A stretch of DNA of 64,000 nt from Clostridium sp. (GTDB lineage Bacteria; Bacillota; Clostridia; TANB77; CAG-508), in assembly GCA_018371855.1 (NCBI GenBank), contig JAHAKD010000005.1, positions 84,928-148,927 on the forward strand, read 5' to 3'. The notes beneath the pieces were generated by a model. It did not search any database. It had not been told where the DNA came from and was given only the letters and a program-made list of their open reading frames with translations. The position numbers and the translations under genes were made by a program. This document shows, in pieces, positions 1-7,939 of this stretch. Position 1 is the first letter of the stretch; each line of letters begins with the position of its first letter.

Positions 1-1051
1 AATATTTCTTTTGTCTTGGGCTCCAAGCTTCTACATCACAAGATTTAGCTTTTAAGTCTGCTAAGTCACCACTACAACATTCAAGTGTTCTTACAGGGAT
101 GTTCATACTTCTAAAGAATTCTACTGTGTATGACCACATTTTATTATACCAATCCCAAGAATCTTCTGGTTCACATACAACAATCATTTCTTGTTTTTCA
201 AATTGGTGAATTCTATATACACCACGTTCTTCTAGTCCATGTGAACCTTTTTCTTTTCTAAAACAAGGAGAATAAGATGTCATTGTATATGGCATATTTT
301 CTTTTTTTAGAATTTGACCTTTAAATTTTCCGATCATTGAATGTTCACTTGTACCAATTAAGTATAAATCTTCACCTTCAATTTTGTACATCATTGCATC
401 CATTTCTTCGAAACTCATAACACCAGTTACTACGTCACTTCTAATCATATAAGGTGGTATACAATAAGTAAAACCTTTATTAATCATGAAGTCTCTTGCA
501 TATGTTAAAACAGCAGAATGTAATCTTGCAACATCTCCCATTAGGTAATAGAAACCTTGACCTGCAACACGTCTTGCACTATCTAAGTCTAATCCACCTA
601 AAGCTTCTAAAATTTCGCCATGAAATGGAATTTCATAATCTGGAACTACAGGTTCTCCAAATTTCTCAATTTCTACATTTTCGCTATCATCTTTTCCTAT
701 TGGAACAGACTCGTGCATGATATTTGGAATTTTCATCATTCTTACTTTAATTTCTTCTGCATATTTGTTTTCTAAAGTCTCATTTTCTTCTAGTTTACTA
801 TTAATTGCTTGAACTTCTGCTTTTATTTTTTCTGCTTCTTCTTTTTGACCATTTTTCATTAAATTACCAATTTCAGCACTTAGTGTTTTTCTTTTATTTC
901 TTAATTCGTCACCAGCAAGTGTAGCTTCTCTAGATTTTTTGTCTAAATCTATAACTTCATCAACTAGAACTAGCTTTTCATCTTGAAATTTTTTCTTTAT
1001 ATTTTCCTTTACAATTTCAGGATTTTCTCTTAAAAATTTAATATCTATCAT
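1..1051 (-). CDS. serS: seryl-tRNA synthetase, N-terminal ~350 aa (gene continues beyond window start)
   Basis: Minus-strand translation from ATG at 1049-1051 (RBS AGGGGGAA) reads MIDIKFLRENPEIVKENIKKKF... Class-II aaRS core motifs are present (RVAGQGFYYL, TSYSPCFRKEKGSHG, HQFEKQEM). The ORF runs off the window edge, so it is absent from the ORF track. Confidence 0.85.
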   Translation of the reverse strand, partial: MIDIKFLRENPEIVKENIKKKFQDEKLVLVDEVIDLDKKSREATLAGDELRNKRKTLSAEIGNLMKNGQKEEAEKIKAEVQAINSKLEENETLENKYAEEIKVRMMKIPNIMHESVPIGKDDSENVEIEKFGEPVVPDYEIPFHGEILEALGGLDLDSARRVAGQGFYYLMGDVARLHSAVLTYARDFMINKGFTYCIPPYMIRSDVVTGVMSFEEMDAMMYKIEGEDLYLIGTSEHSMIGKFKGQILKKENMPYTMTSYSPCFRKEKGSHGLEERGVYRIHQFEKQEMIVVCEPEDSWDWYNKMWSYTVEFFRSMNIPVRTLECCSGDLADLKAKSCDVEAWSPRQKKY

Positions 1052-1066
1052 ATTAATTCCCCCTAA

Positions 1067-1330
1067 TTATTTTTTTGTATAATCTATATTTAAATCTTGG
1101 GCTACTTCAAATCTATGTCTTTGTCCTGTAATATTATCTGGTCTTTCAGGAATTTCCTCTAAAAACATTTTTTCTGGTCTAACCCAAATATAATTTCCAT
1201 CTTCTCTTGGATATAAAGGTTTGTATACTACCATTCTTTCTTTAGTTTCCGAATCACAAGCTACATTTTCTACAAAATAATAATTTCCTTTAAAATGACG
1301 ATAAACTTTTCCAATTTCTACTTGATTCAT
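1067..1330 (-). CDS. small conserved protein (DUF1653-like), 87 aa
   Basis: ORF 1067..1348; the better start is MNQVEIGKVYRHFKGNYY at 1330 with RBS GGAGGG. Lies between the T-box leader and serS. Confidence 0.55.
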   Translation of the reverse strand: MNQVEIGKVYRHFKGNYYFVENVACDSETKERMVVYKPLYPREDGNYIWVRPEKMFLEEIPERPDNITGQRHRFEVAQDLNIDYTKK

Positions 1331-1392
1331 AAAAATCCCTCCAAACAAAATATATTCTAATAAATTATCTTAACATTTTAAGACAAATTTTA

Positions 1393-1650
1393 GACAAACA
1401 AAAATCGTCCTTATGTAAAAATATAAGGACGAATATAATCCGCGGTGCCACCTTAAGTTATTATAAAAATAATACACTCAATTAGTAGGGTAACCGCCTA
1501 ACTTACGGTTTAGCTTTCACTAAAAACATCTAAGAGTAGATTCACATATAAATTTTATTTACTTACACCACCCGTAAACTCTCTTAAAAAATTAAATATG
1601 TTACTATTCTCTTATCAAACGTTTATATTAATATGTAACACATTTTAACA
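1393..1650 (-). promoter_or_regulatory. T-box riboswitch leader (candidate Ser specifier UCU) with intrinsic terminator
   Basis: Minus strand reads AACTTAAGGTGGCACCGCGG (T-box consensus AAnnnGGGTGGnACCGCG). It is followed by the hairpin TCGTCCTTATATTTTTACATAAGGACGA and a U-run. Upstream Stem-I-like AAGAGAG ... GAAUCUACUC contains UCU followed by A. Confidence 0.8.
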
Positions 1651-1670
1651 TAATATGTATGAATATTCAA
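1642..1670 (-). promoter_or_regulatory. sigma-A-type promoter of the T-box/serS leader (TTGAAT-17-TAAAAT)
   Basis: Minus-strand -35 TTGAAT (1665-1670) and -10 TAAAAT (1642-1647) with a 17-nt spacer. Confidence 0.4.
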
Positions 1671-1700
1671 TAAAAAAATAAAAAAAATGTTATATAGGTG

Positions 1701-1740
1701 CAAATAGGGATTTAGGGGACGTTCCTAAAATCCCTATTTG
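1701..1740. repeat. interspersed nested-palindromic repeat, copy A (CAAATAGGGATTTAGGGGACGTTCCTAAAATCCCTATTTG)
   Basis: Outer ~16-bp inverted repeat around the central near-palindrome GGACGTTCC. Related copies at 32131, 43411, 57785 and 57841; partial copy at 13082. Confidence 0.7.
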
Positions 1741-1741
1741 A

Positions 1742-1773
1742 TACTTGGAAAGTTATGTAAATTGTGCTATAAT
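1742..1773 (+). promoter_or_regulatory. promoter ATACTTGGAAAGTTATGTAAATTGTGCTATAAT (extended -10)
   Basis: TTGGAA-17-TATAAT with a TGn extension. The first 19 nt are nearly identical to the promoter at 2226. Confidence 0.5.
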
Positions 1774-1899
1774 TATATAGTATCATCATCGGAAAAAGAG
1801 CGGAGTTTTGATAAATAGTTTGTCATTGCTTTAGCTCTGGAACTGGAGGAGACTGTAAGTAGGTAAGGCAGGGAAGACAACGAAGAAAGGAACATAACA

Positions 1900-2157
1900 A
1901 TGTCTAAGACGATCAAGCGGGTTTTGCTAGTTGCACTGGTAGTTGTCCTGATTCTTAGGGCTATTATCCAGGCAGCTACGATTAGCACGCTGAATGAGAA
2001 TATCGCAATCAGTGATGAACTCATCAAGTCCCAGCAGGAAACCATTAATCTCCAGGAACAGGAGATCCAGATTCTCGAGAACAAAATCGAGGAGCTGACC
2101 GGTGATGCTCCAGCAGAGGAGGACACCTCTAGTGATACGGAGGTGCTCACCGTATGA
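1900..2157 (+). CDS. small bitopic membrane protein with coiled coil (FtsB/DivIC-like topology), GC ~45%
   Basis: ORF MSKTIKRVLLVALVVVLILRAI... has an N-terminal TM followed by a heptad-rich segment, then an intrinsic terminator. GC is far above the local ~29%. The antisense ORF 1773..2162 is an artefact of the GC-rich codons. Confidence 0.5.
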   Translation: MSKTIKRVLLVALVVVLILRAIIQAATISTLNENIAISDELIKSQQETINLQEQEIQILENKIEELTGDAPAEEDTSSDTEVLTV

Positions 2158-2164
2158 TACAAGG

Positions 2165-2196
2165 AACGCTCAGCTGCTACAGCTGAGCGTTTTCCG
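2165..2196 (+). terminator. intrinsic terminator (AACGCTCAGCTG-cta-CAGCTGAGCGTT + TTCC)
   Basis: Perfect 12-bp stem followed by a T-rich tract. Confidence 0.6.
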
Positions 2197-2225
2197 TATA
2201 TAAAAAGTAAAACTTTGATATATAT

Positions 2226-2257
2226 ACTTGGAAAATTATGTTAAGCATGGTATAATG
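2226..2257 (+). promoter_or_regulatory. promoter ATACTTGGAAAATTATGTTAAGCATGGTATAAT (extended -10), duplicate of 1742
   Basis: TTGGAA-17-TATAAT with TGG upstream of the -10. Shares 17/19 nt with the 1742 copy. Confidence 0.5.
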
Positions 2258-2291
2258 TAATGCAGAAAAAATTTGAAAGGAGACTTAAGCA

Positions 2292-2645
2292 ATGAGAGAG
2301 TCGGAAAAAAAGAATAGCGAAAAGCTATTCTTGCTGAGGGTATGCTTACCTTCAGTATACGAAGAGATTGGAAATGATGGTGTGGAGGCAGTCGAACAGG
2401 GCTGGGCTAAAGAACAAGATTATAGATTTATAAATGATCTTGTTCACAAATATGTAGCCCGAGCTACAGAAGAAGCCATTTCCTATGAGGGAAGTATGCA
2501 AGAAAAAATTGCTTTATTAAAAAGTTTTAATTTTTTCTTATATGCGTATTTGGAAAATAAAAGCCCAAAAACGCTGGAAGAAATTGAAGCTTTTATTAAA
2601 GAATATTACAACAACGTAGAAAGAGCAGTTAAATTAGGAGGTTAA
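2292..2645 (+). CDS. hypothetical protein (117 aa), GC-atypical islet
   Basis: ORF with RBS AAGGAG; the stop overlaps the RBS of the next gene (translational coupling). GC ~40%. Confidence 0.5.
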   Translation: MRESEKKNSEKLFLLRVCLPSVYEEIGNDGVEAVEQGWAKEQDYRFINDLVHKYVARATEEAISYEGSMQEKIALLKSFNFFLYAYLENKSPKTLEEIEAFIKEYYNNVERAVKLGG

Positions 2646-2649
2646 ATGC

Positions 2650-3228
2650 ATGTTTCTTAAAGACAGATTTGACAAAATGACACGCAAAGACTTGGAAGAA
2701 GAAATACGTGTGTATAAGGATTTCTCCAAGTATAGTCGGAAAGAGATGGAGAAAGAATTAAGAGTTCTTCTTCCAGATATTAATCTGAACGAATTTTCCG
2801 ATCAGGACTTGGAAGATTTGCTAAGAAGTAACTATACTTTTTCCGAGTATACCACAGAGGAGCTTCGTGAAGAAGCAAGGCGACATGAACAGTTCGAAGA
2901 GTGGTCAAGAGAAGAGCTCGAAGAAGAGTATGAAAAACTAGAGGATTCGGAAGAATCAAAAGAGCACAATATAATATGGTTGATCTTTATTGTAGTAGTG
3001 TGTTTATTAATTGGGTATTCATATGGAAGAATGAATACAAAGCTTGAGTACCTCGAACAGAGGACCGAGCAACTTCAGCAGGAGATTAATGTGATGGAAC
3101 AGGAAAATAATCTGTTGGAGGACAGAGTTGATACTTTGTCAGATATTATAGATTTGATAATAATCAATATAACGTCTGACGATGTCGTACCTGAAGAAAA
3201 ACCTGGTACATCAGCACAAATCATTTAA
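2650..3228 (+). CDS. hypothetical coiled-coil membrane protein (192 aa), GC-atypical islet
   Basis: Acidic coiled-coil N-terminus, a central TM (IIWLIFIVVVCLLIGYSYG) and a C-terminal coiled coil. RBS GGAGG; followed by the terminator CCCCTGGCgaaaGCCAGGGG. Confidence 0.5.
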   Translation: MFLKDRFDKMTRKDLEEEIRVYKDFSKYSRKEMEKELRVLLPDINLNEFSDQDLEDLLRSNYTFSEYTTEELREEARRHEQFEEWSREELEEEYEKLEDSEESKEHNIIWLIFIVVVCLLIGYSYGRMNTKLEYLEQRTEQLQQEINVMEQENNLLEDRVDTLSDIIDLIIINITSDDVVPEEKPGTSAQII

Positions 3229-3255
3229 AAAATCAAAAATCAAACTTCACATCTT

Positions 3256-3290
3256 TTCCCCTGGCGAAAGCCAGGGGTATTTCCATTTTA
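3256..3290 (+). terminator. intrinsic terminator
   Basis: CCCCTGGC-GAAA-GCCAGGGG followed by a T-rich tract. Confidence 0.55.
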
Positions 3291-3312
3291 TAGAATAAAA
3301 TTTAAGAAAAAA

Positions 3313-3352
3313 CGAAATTTTGTTTGACAAACAAAAAATCATATGATAGTAT
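3313..3352 (+). promoter_or_regulatory. lexA promoter (TTGACA-17-TAGTAT) with overlapping candidate LexA/Cheo box CGAAATTTTGTTTG
   Basis: 12/14 match to the Firmicutes LexA consensus CGAACnnnnGTTCG, overlapping the -35. Consistent with autoregulation. Confidence 0.45.
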
Positions 3353-3381
3353 GTAAAAAAATAAAGTGGAGGCGTTAATAA

Positions 3382-4023
3382 GTGAAAAAAGATAAAAGTG
3401 ATTTAAATAAAAGAGAGGTAGCAATCTTAAACTTTATATCAAAACAAATAAAAGCAAACCAATATCCACCATCAGTAAGAGAAATTTGTAAAGCTGTAGG
3501 ACTAAATTCAACAGCAACAGTACATGGATATTTAGAAAAATTAGAGCAAAAAGGTTACATAAGAAAAGAATCTCAAAAAGGAAGAGCATTAAGAGTTGTT
3601 AATGAAGATGATGTTATAAGAAAGCCAAAAGATGTTTATGCTGGTAAAGAATTAGTAGATGTACCAGTAGTAGGAAAAATAACTGCAGGCGCACCAATTT
3701 TAGCAGTAGAAAATATAACAGATACTTTTCCAATTCCTTTAGACTTTGTAGGAAATTCAGAAAGCTTTATGCTAACTGTTAGAGGAGAAAGTATGATAGA
3801 AGCAGGTATTTTAGATGGTGACTACATATTAGTAAAACAACAAAATACTGCAGAAAATGGTGAAATCGTTGTAGCTTTAATAGATGACGAAGCAACAGTA
3901 AAAACATTCTACAAAGAAAAAGATTATATAAGATTACAGCCAGAAAATCGCACAATGGCTCCAATAATTGTTCCAGATTGTAAAATACTTGGTAAAGTAG
4001 CTGGCGTATTTAGAAAAATGTAG
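3382..4023 (+). CDS. lexA: LexA repressor (GTG start)
   Basis: N-terminal winged helix and C-terminal S24 peptidase motifs (AG cleavage site in [11 protein letters not shown] in RGESM, K in ...TVKTF). Confidence 0.92.
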   Translation: MKKDKSDLNKREVAILNFISKQIKANQYPPSVREICKAVGLNSTATVHGYLEKLEQKGYIRKESQKGRALRVVNEDDVIRKPKDVYAGKELVDVPVVGKITAGAPILAVENITDTFPIPLDFVGNSESFMLTVRGESMIEAGILDGDYILVKQQNTAENGEIVVALIDDEATVKTFYKEKDYIRLQPENRTMAPIIVPDCKILGKVAGVFRKM

Positions 4024-4071
4024 TATAAAATAAAACGACTTAAGACATAATATATTTTAGGTGAATATATT

Positions 4072-4236
4072 ATGAAAAAAGAAAAAGAGATTAATGAAAT
4101 AGAAGTTGGGGAAGATGTAAGCAGAAATGGTGAATTCATACCAACAAAATTTGCTTGGATAAGTTTAGGATTTCAAAAAGAGAATGCAGAACGCTTACAA
4201 AATATAACAAAAAAAGATGATAAACATAGTAAGTAA
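4072..4236 (+). CDS. possible small protein (54 aa) downstream of lexA
   Basis: ATG preceded by AGGTGA, with no terminator between it and lexA. Below the ORF-track size cut-off. Not recognisable. Confidence 0.25.
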   Translation: MKKEKEINEIEVGEDVSRNGEFIPTKFAWISLGFQKENAERLQNITKKDDKHSK

Positions 4237-4377
4237 ATATAATAGAAATCAAATGTGGTTTTATTAGTAGAAAGAGAGTTAAATTTCATTTCTGCAATTT
4301 AATAAATCCACATTTTTTACTTGAAAGACAACCTAAAAAATGATAAAATGTAAACGTTAGAGAAGGAGGAAGTAAGT

Positions 4378-4719
4378 ATGGATAGTAAAAGTAAAGAAAT
4401 CTATTCTGAACTTAGTGCTTTTTTGGATAGTATAGATGAAGAAAGAAGAAATAAAATACCAGAAGACTTAAGGGAATTAATAAATAGTAAAAAAGACGAT
4501 AACTATACACCTAAATATCCAAAAGGAACTCCTTTAGAAAAATTAAAAATGAAAAAAGAAACAAAGGATATGGTTAATTTACTAAACTTTAATTATTGGT
4601 GTGAAAACGAACAACAACGAAAAGAATTAATGGAACGAATAGCAAATGGCAAGAAGAATGAAGGAGCAAAAGTAAATGCTTTCGATAAAATAAAAAATAT
4701 ATTTAAAAAGAAAAGCTAA
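4378..4719 (+). CDS. hypothetical protein (113 aa)
   Basis: Strong RBS GAAGGAGG and an intrinsic terminator (AAAAGCT-aaa-AGCTTTT + T-run) after the stop. Confidence 0.5.
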   Translation: MDSKSKEIYSELSAFLDSIDEERRNKIPEDLRELINSKKDDNYTPKYPKGTPLEKLKMKKETKDMVNLLNFNYWCENEQQRKELMERIANGKKNEGAKVNAFDKIKNIFKKKS

Positions 4720-4743
4720 AAGCTTTTCTTTTTTGTTATTTGA

Positions 4744-4869
4744 AAATCTTCAGATATAGAAGAATCAGAAAAAGATATGATAGAATATTATAATAACAAA
4801 AGAATTAAGAGCAAAGTAAAAGGAATGTCTCCTATTCTATACAGAAAACATTCCATGCTAGTAGCCTAA
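4744..4869 (+). mobile_element. IS3-family transposase (OrfB) C-terminal remnant
   Basis: In-frame translation ...KDMIEYYNNKRIKSKVKGMSPILYRKHSMLVA* matches the conserved IS3/IS150 integrase C-terminus (IEYYNNERIK.KL.GMSPVQYR). No start codon and no upstream transposase body. Confidence 0.65.
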
Positions 4870-4966
4870 TTTATAATGTCCAACTTTTTAGCCCCACTTT
4901 AATTACGTAAACTATACTATTATATTGTTAAAAAATAAAAAGATAAGGTTTAATATGATAAATAAT

Positions 4967-6208
4967 TTATTTACAATTTTTTAAATTGATTTTATCAATA
5001 CAAATAGAAGCAATAGGTATTAAAACTATTATATAAGGGATTATATACCTTGATTTTGCTTCCCATAAAATGTGAAAAGAAAATCCACCAGCAAAAATTG
5101 TAAGTAAAAATATAACTTCTAGTGATAACTTTTTTCGATTTTGTATTAAAACAATTAATGTACAAGAGCAAGTTAATAGTAATAATGCTTTTTGATAAAA
5201 TTCAAGAGGCTGTATAAAATTCTCTATGAAATCATTATTACTTCTAATATTATTTCTTATAGCAGAATAAGTGTTTTCAGTCCACATAGAAGCTATTTTC
5301 TTAGTATAAAAATCAAAGGTATAATCTGGATTTTTTAAAAAGTAATTTATTTGCTTATAAATATATTTAGGATAATCATGTTTTGCATTATCTGGATTCA
5401 ATAATGTATCTTTTGCAATATCTTCATTATACCATCCATTACCTCTAGGAGATTTTTCCATTGCCATTAAGACATAGCTTATAGTAGGATATTTCTTAGT
5501 ATTATCTAAGTTATACTTATTAGAATAATAATTTATTACTAAGATTGCTGGAAGAATTGAACCTATAATATATATAGCAATTAAACTAATATTTTTTAAA
5601 TTATTTTTTAAAGTGTATTGATTCCACTTGCTAAATAAATTTAACAACATATAGATAATTGTTGCTATTATAAAAATTAAACTATTCATTCTCATCATAT
5701 ATGCAATCGTTGTAAAAAAAATAGTATAAATAAAATATTTTATCTTATGTGTTTCGGTGTAACACATTATAAAATAGGTTGCCAATATGCATAATGCCAA
5801 ACTAGGAAGATCCCCATATATAAATGTGGATAATAATGGTAAAGTAAAAAATGTTAATACTAAAATAAATAATAAAGAAGTATTGGTTGCATATTTTGAT
5901 GATAATTTTAATTGTATTTTATATAATACTATAACAATAGCAATATTGCTTATTATATTTACAATTCTCAACACTTCCATAACATCAAAATGAATTAACC
6001 TAAAAATAAGGCTGAAAATAAATGCTAAAGGTATTTGATGTGTATATGCTTGTATGTATTCATATAATGGCACGCCAATATATGTAGAGTTAAATAGAAA
6101 TTCTTGAGGATTATTTCTGGAAAAAGTTTGTGCAAGGTTACATACATGAACAGAATCACCGACGACTTTAGGATTTATAAAAATAACCCAAAGAATATTA
6201 ACTAGCAA
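4967..6208 (-). CDS. polytopic membrane protein, putative GT-C-fold glycosyltransferase (ArnT/PMT-like); N-terminus may continue in ORF 6223..6456
   Basis: Eleven or more predicted TM segments with a large extracytoplasmic loop. No RBS before the first Met. The adjacent upstream ORF carries two TMs and a DE dipeptide. Confidence 0.4.
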   Translation of the reverse strand: MLVNILWVIFINPKVVGDSVHVCNLAQTFSRNNPQEFLFNSTYIGVPLYEYIQAYTHQIPLAFIFSLIFRLIHFDVMEVLRIVNIISNIAIVIVLYKIQLKLSSKYATNTSLLFILVLTFFTLPLLSTFIYGDLPSLALCILATYFIMCYTETHKIKYFIYTIFFTTIAYMMRMNSLIFIIATIIYMLLNLFSKWNQYTLKNNLKNISLIAIYIIGSILPAILVINYYSNKYNLDNTKKYPTISYVLMAMEKSPRGNGWYNEDIAKDTLLNPDNAKHDYPKYIYKQINYFLKNPDYTFDFYTKKIASMWTENTYSAIRNNIRSNNDFIENFIQPLEFYQKALLLLTCSCTLIVLIQNRKKLSLEVIFLLTIFAGGFSFHILWEAKSRYIIPYIIVLIPIASICIDKINLKNCK

Positions 6209-6222
6209 ATATATTAGTAATG

Positions 6223-6456
6223 CTATTCTAAATGTTTTTCGTCTATAAGAAACACTTTTTTATATAGAATTTTATTGGTTATATTAGCTATATAATAGAT
6301 AGTAATAATTAATAAAATCATCCCCAAATTATATAACCATGAATTATAAGAAATACTAATATGTTCTGAATTATTAAGAAATGATGTATATAATAAGTTT
6401 AAAATAATAATTATAATTAAGAATATCATTCCTAAAAAATATATGATTTTTTTCAA
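6223..6456 (-). CDS. small membrane protein (77 aa), possibly the frameshifted N-terminus of the downstream GT-C protein
   Basis: Two TM helices; ends ...LIDEKHLE 15 nt before the next ORF in another frame. Confidence 0.35.
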   Translation of the reverse strand: MKKIIYFLGMIFLIIIIILNLLYTSFLNNSEHISISYNSWLYNLGMILLIITIYYIANITNKILYKKVFLIDEKHLE

Positions 6457-6477
6457 TTTATTTCTCCATTCCTATAA

Positions 6478-7041
6478 TTATAGATATTGATTGCGTACTT
6501 TATTTAATACTGTTATTATACTTGCTTTTGGAGTCAATTTATATAATAACATTTTTTCTTTTTCGCGCTCATTTGTTGCTTTAATAATATTAGTTTTTAT
6601 ATTATTTATACTTTTCTGATGTTTATAACTGATATATTTATAAACATTTTGCTCGAGATTATCTACAAAATCAAAATTATTTCTATTATATACATACATA
6701 ATAGCCTCTATAATATAAAGAGTTCCTTTGTATTTAATATTATATACTTGTCTTGGCAAATCTGTATCTCCAGAAATAACTATTATTTGAGGCTTTTTTA
6801 TAGTATTCATATATTTTAAATCTTCTAAAATATTAATCCCATTTCCATCTGGTAAATTTATATCTAAAAAGATTAAATCTATTTGATTGTTTGATAAAAT
6901 ACTAATCCCTTCTTTATATGTAGTTGCAATATAAGAAAGTTGTATGTTTTTAAATTTACTTAAAATAGAATTTAAGATTCTTTTAGAAAAACTCAAGTCA
7001 TCTTCAATTATCAAAGCTTTTATTAAGTTGTTATTCATCAT
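6478..7041 (-). CDS. orphan response regulator (REC domain plus short uncharacterised C-terminus)
   Basis: ALIIEDD ... LIFLDINLPDGNG receiver motifs. No adjacent histidine kinase. Co-oriented directly downstream of the sigma/anti-sigma pair. Confidence 0.7.
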   Translation of the reverse strand: MMNNNLIKALIIEDDLSFSKRILNSILSKFKNIQLSYIATTYKEGISILSNNQIDLIFLDINLPDGNGINILEDLKYMNTIKKPQIIVISGDTDLPRQVYNIKYKGTLYIIEAIMYVYNRNNFDFVDNLEQNVYKYISYKHQKSINNIKTNIIKATNEREKEKMLLYKLTPKASIITVLNKVRNQYL

Positions 7042-7075
7042 GATCCTTCCTTTGGCTGTCTCAATACTTTATTTT

Positions 7076-7939
7076 TTAATTTTCTGAGTCCGGTGGGAAA
7101 ATATCATTATCAGAAACAATATTTGTTTCTATTAAAAATGTACGTTCAAAATTAATTTCACCGTTATTTTTTTGAACTTCTCTAACTGGTAGCATTATTT
7201 TTTTATCAATCCATAATTCCCTAGTATTACCAAATAAAATTACATAGCAATCTTTATCATTATAAGTATCTTCTTTTATTTTTAAACTAATTATATTAAG
7301 TTTGTTTTGCATATAATTTTCTATATCAATAAAGCAATTAAAAATAGAACCTTTTGATTTATATGGATATGTAGTATTATTAAATGATGTATTTGTATTG
7401 TAATCTTTATGAATTACGTCATTAGTATAAATATTTCCATAATTTATTATTTCTTTAGTATTATTAGAGTAAGATTCACTTTTAAATGTACCATCTTTAT
7501 AATAATAAATATCTGTAAATGAATTTATTTCTTCGCTATTTGGCGTTATGTAGTATTGTGTCATTGTGAATTTATAGTTATCCATATTTTTAGCTTCTTG
7601 AATTTTGTCATATGTTTTTGATATTATAGAATATCTAGGAATATATGTGGTTAAGAAAGAAATAAGTAATAATATTATTGCTATTAGAAAAACAGAAATA
7701 CTAATTTTTAATATAGCCATTTTTTTTCTATACTTCTTTATTTGATGGATTTCTGCTTGTTCTTCCAAAAAGCTAGTATCTATTTCTTGAATCATATTAC
7801 CTTGCATATTATTTAATATTTCTTTACATTCTGGACATTCTTTAATATGTGTTTCGATAAAATCCTTTGTTTGATTACCTACCAAATTTTCTATATAATT
7901 AGGTAACAAATCTCTTACAATCTCACATTCCTTTTTCAT
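7076..7939 (-). CDS. anti-sigma factor (zf-HC2 N-terminus, single TM, extracytoplasmic domain)
   Basis: CEIVRDLLPNY...HIKECPECKE zinc-finger signature and a TM at ~95-115. Overlaps the sigma-factor gene by 17 nt. Confidence 0.75.
   Translation of the reverse strand: MKKECEIVRDLLPNYIENLVGNQTKDFIETHIKECPECKEILNNMQGNMIQEIDTSFLEEQAEIHQIKKYRKKMAILKISISVFLIAIILLLISFLTTYIPRYSIISKTYDKIQEAKNMDNYKFTMTQYYITPNSEEINSFTDIYYYKDGTFKSESYSNNTKEIINYGNIYTNDVIHKDYNTNTSFNNTTYPYKSKGSIFNCFIDIENYMQNKLNIISLKIKEDTYNDKDCYVILFGNTRELWIDKKIMLPVREVQKNNGEINFERTFLIETNIVSDNDIFPPDSEN

Noticed and set aside
496-720. Plus-strand 74-aa ORF
   Set aside because: Lies entirely antisense inside serS; no RBS and low-complexity sequence.
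1773-2162. Minus-strand 129-aa ORF
   Set aside because: Antisense shadow of the GC-rich plus-strand gene 1900..2157. That gene has a promoter, RBS context and terminator; the minus ORF has none.
3779-4139. Minus-strand ORFs 3779..3964 and 3924..4139
   Set aside because: Antisense within lexA and within the candidate small ORF; no translation signals.
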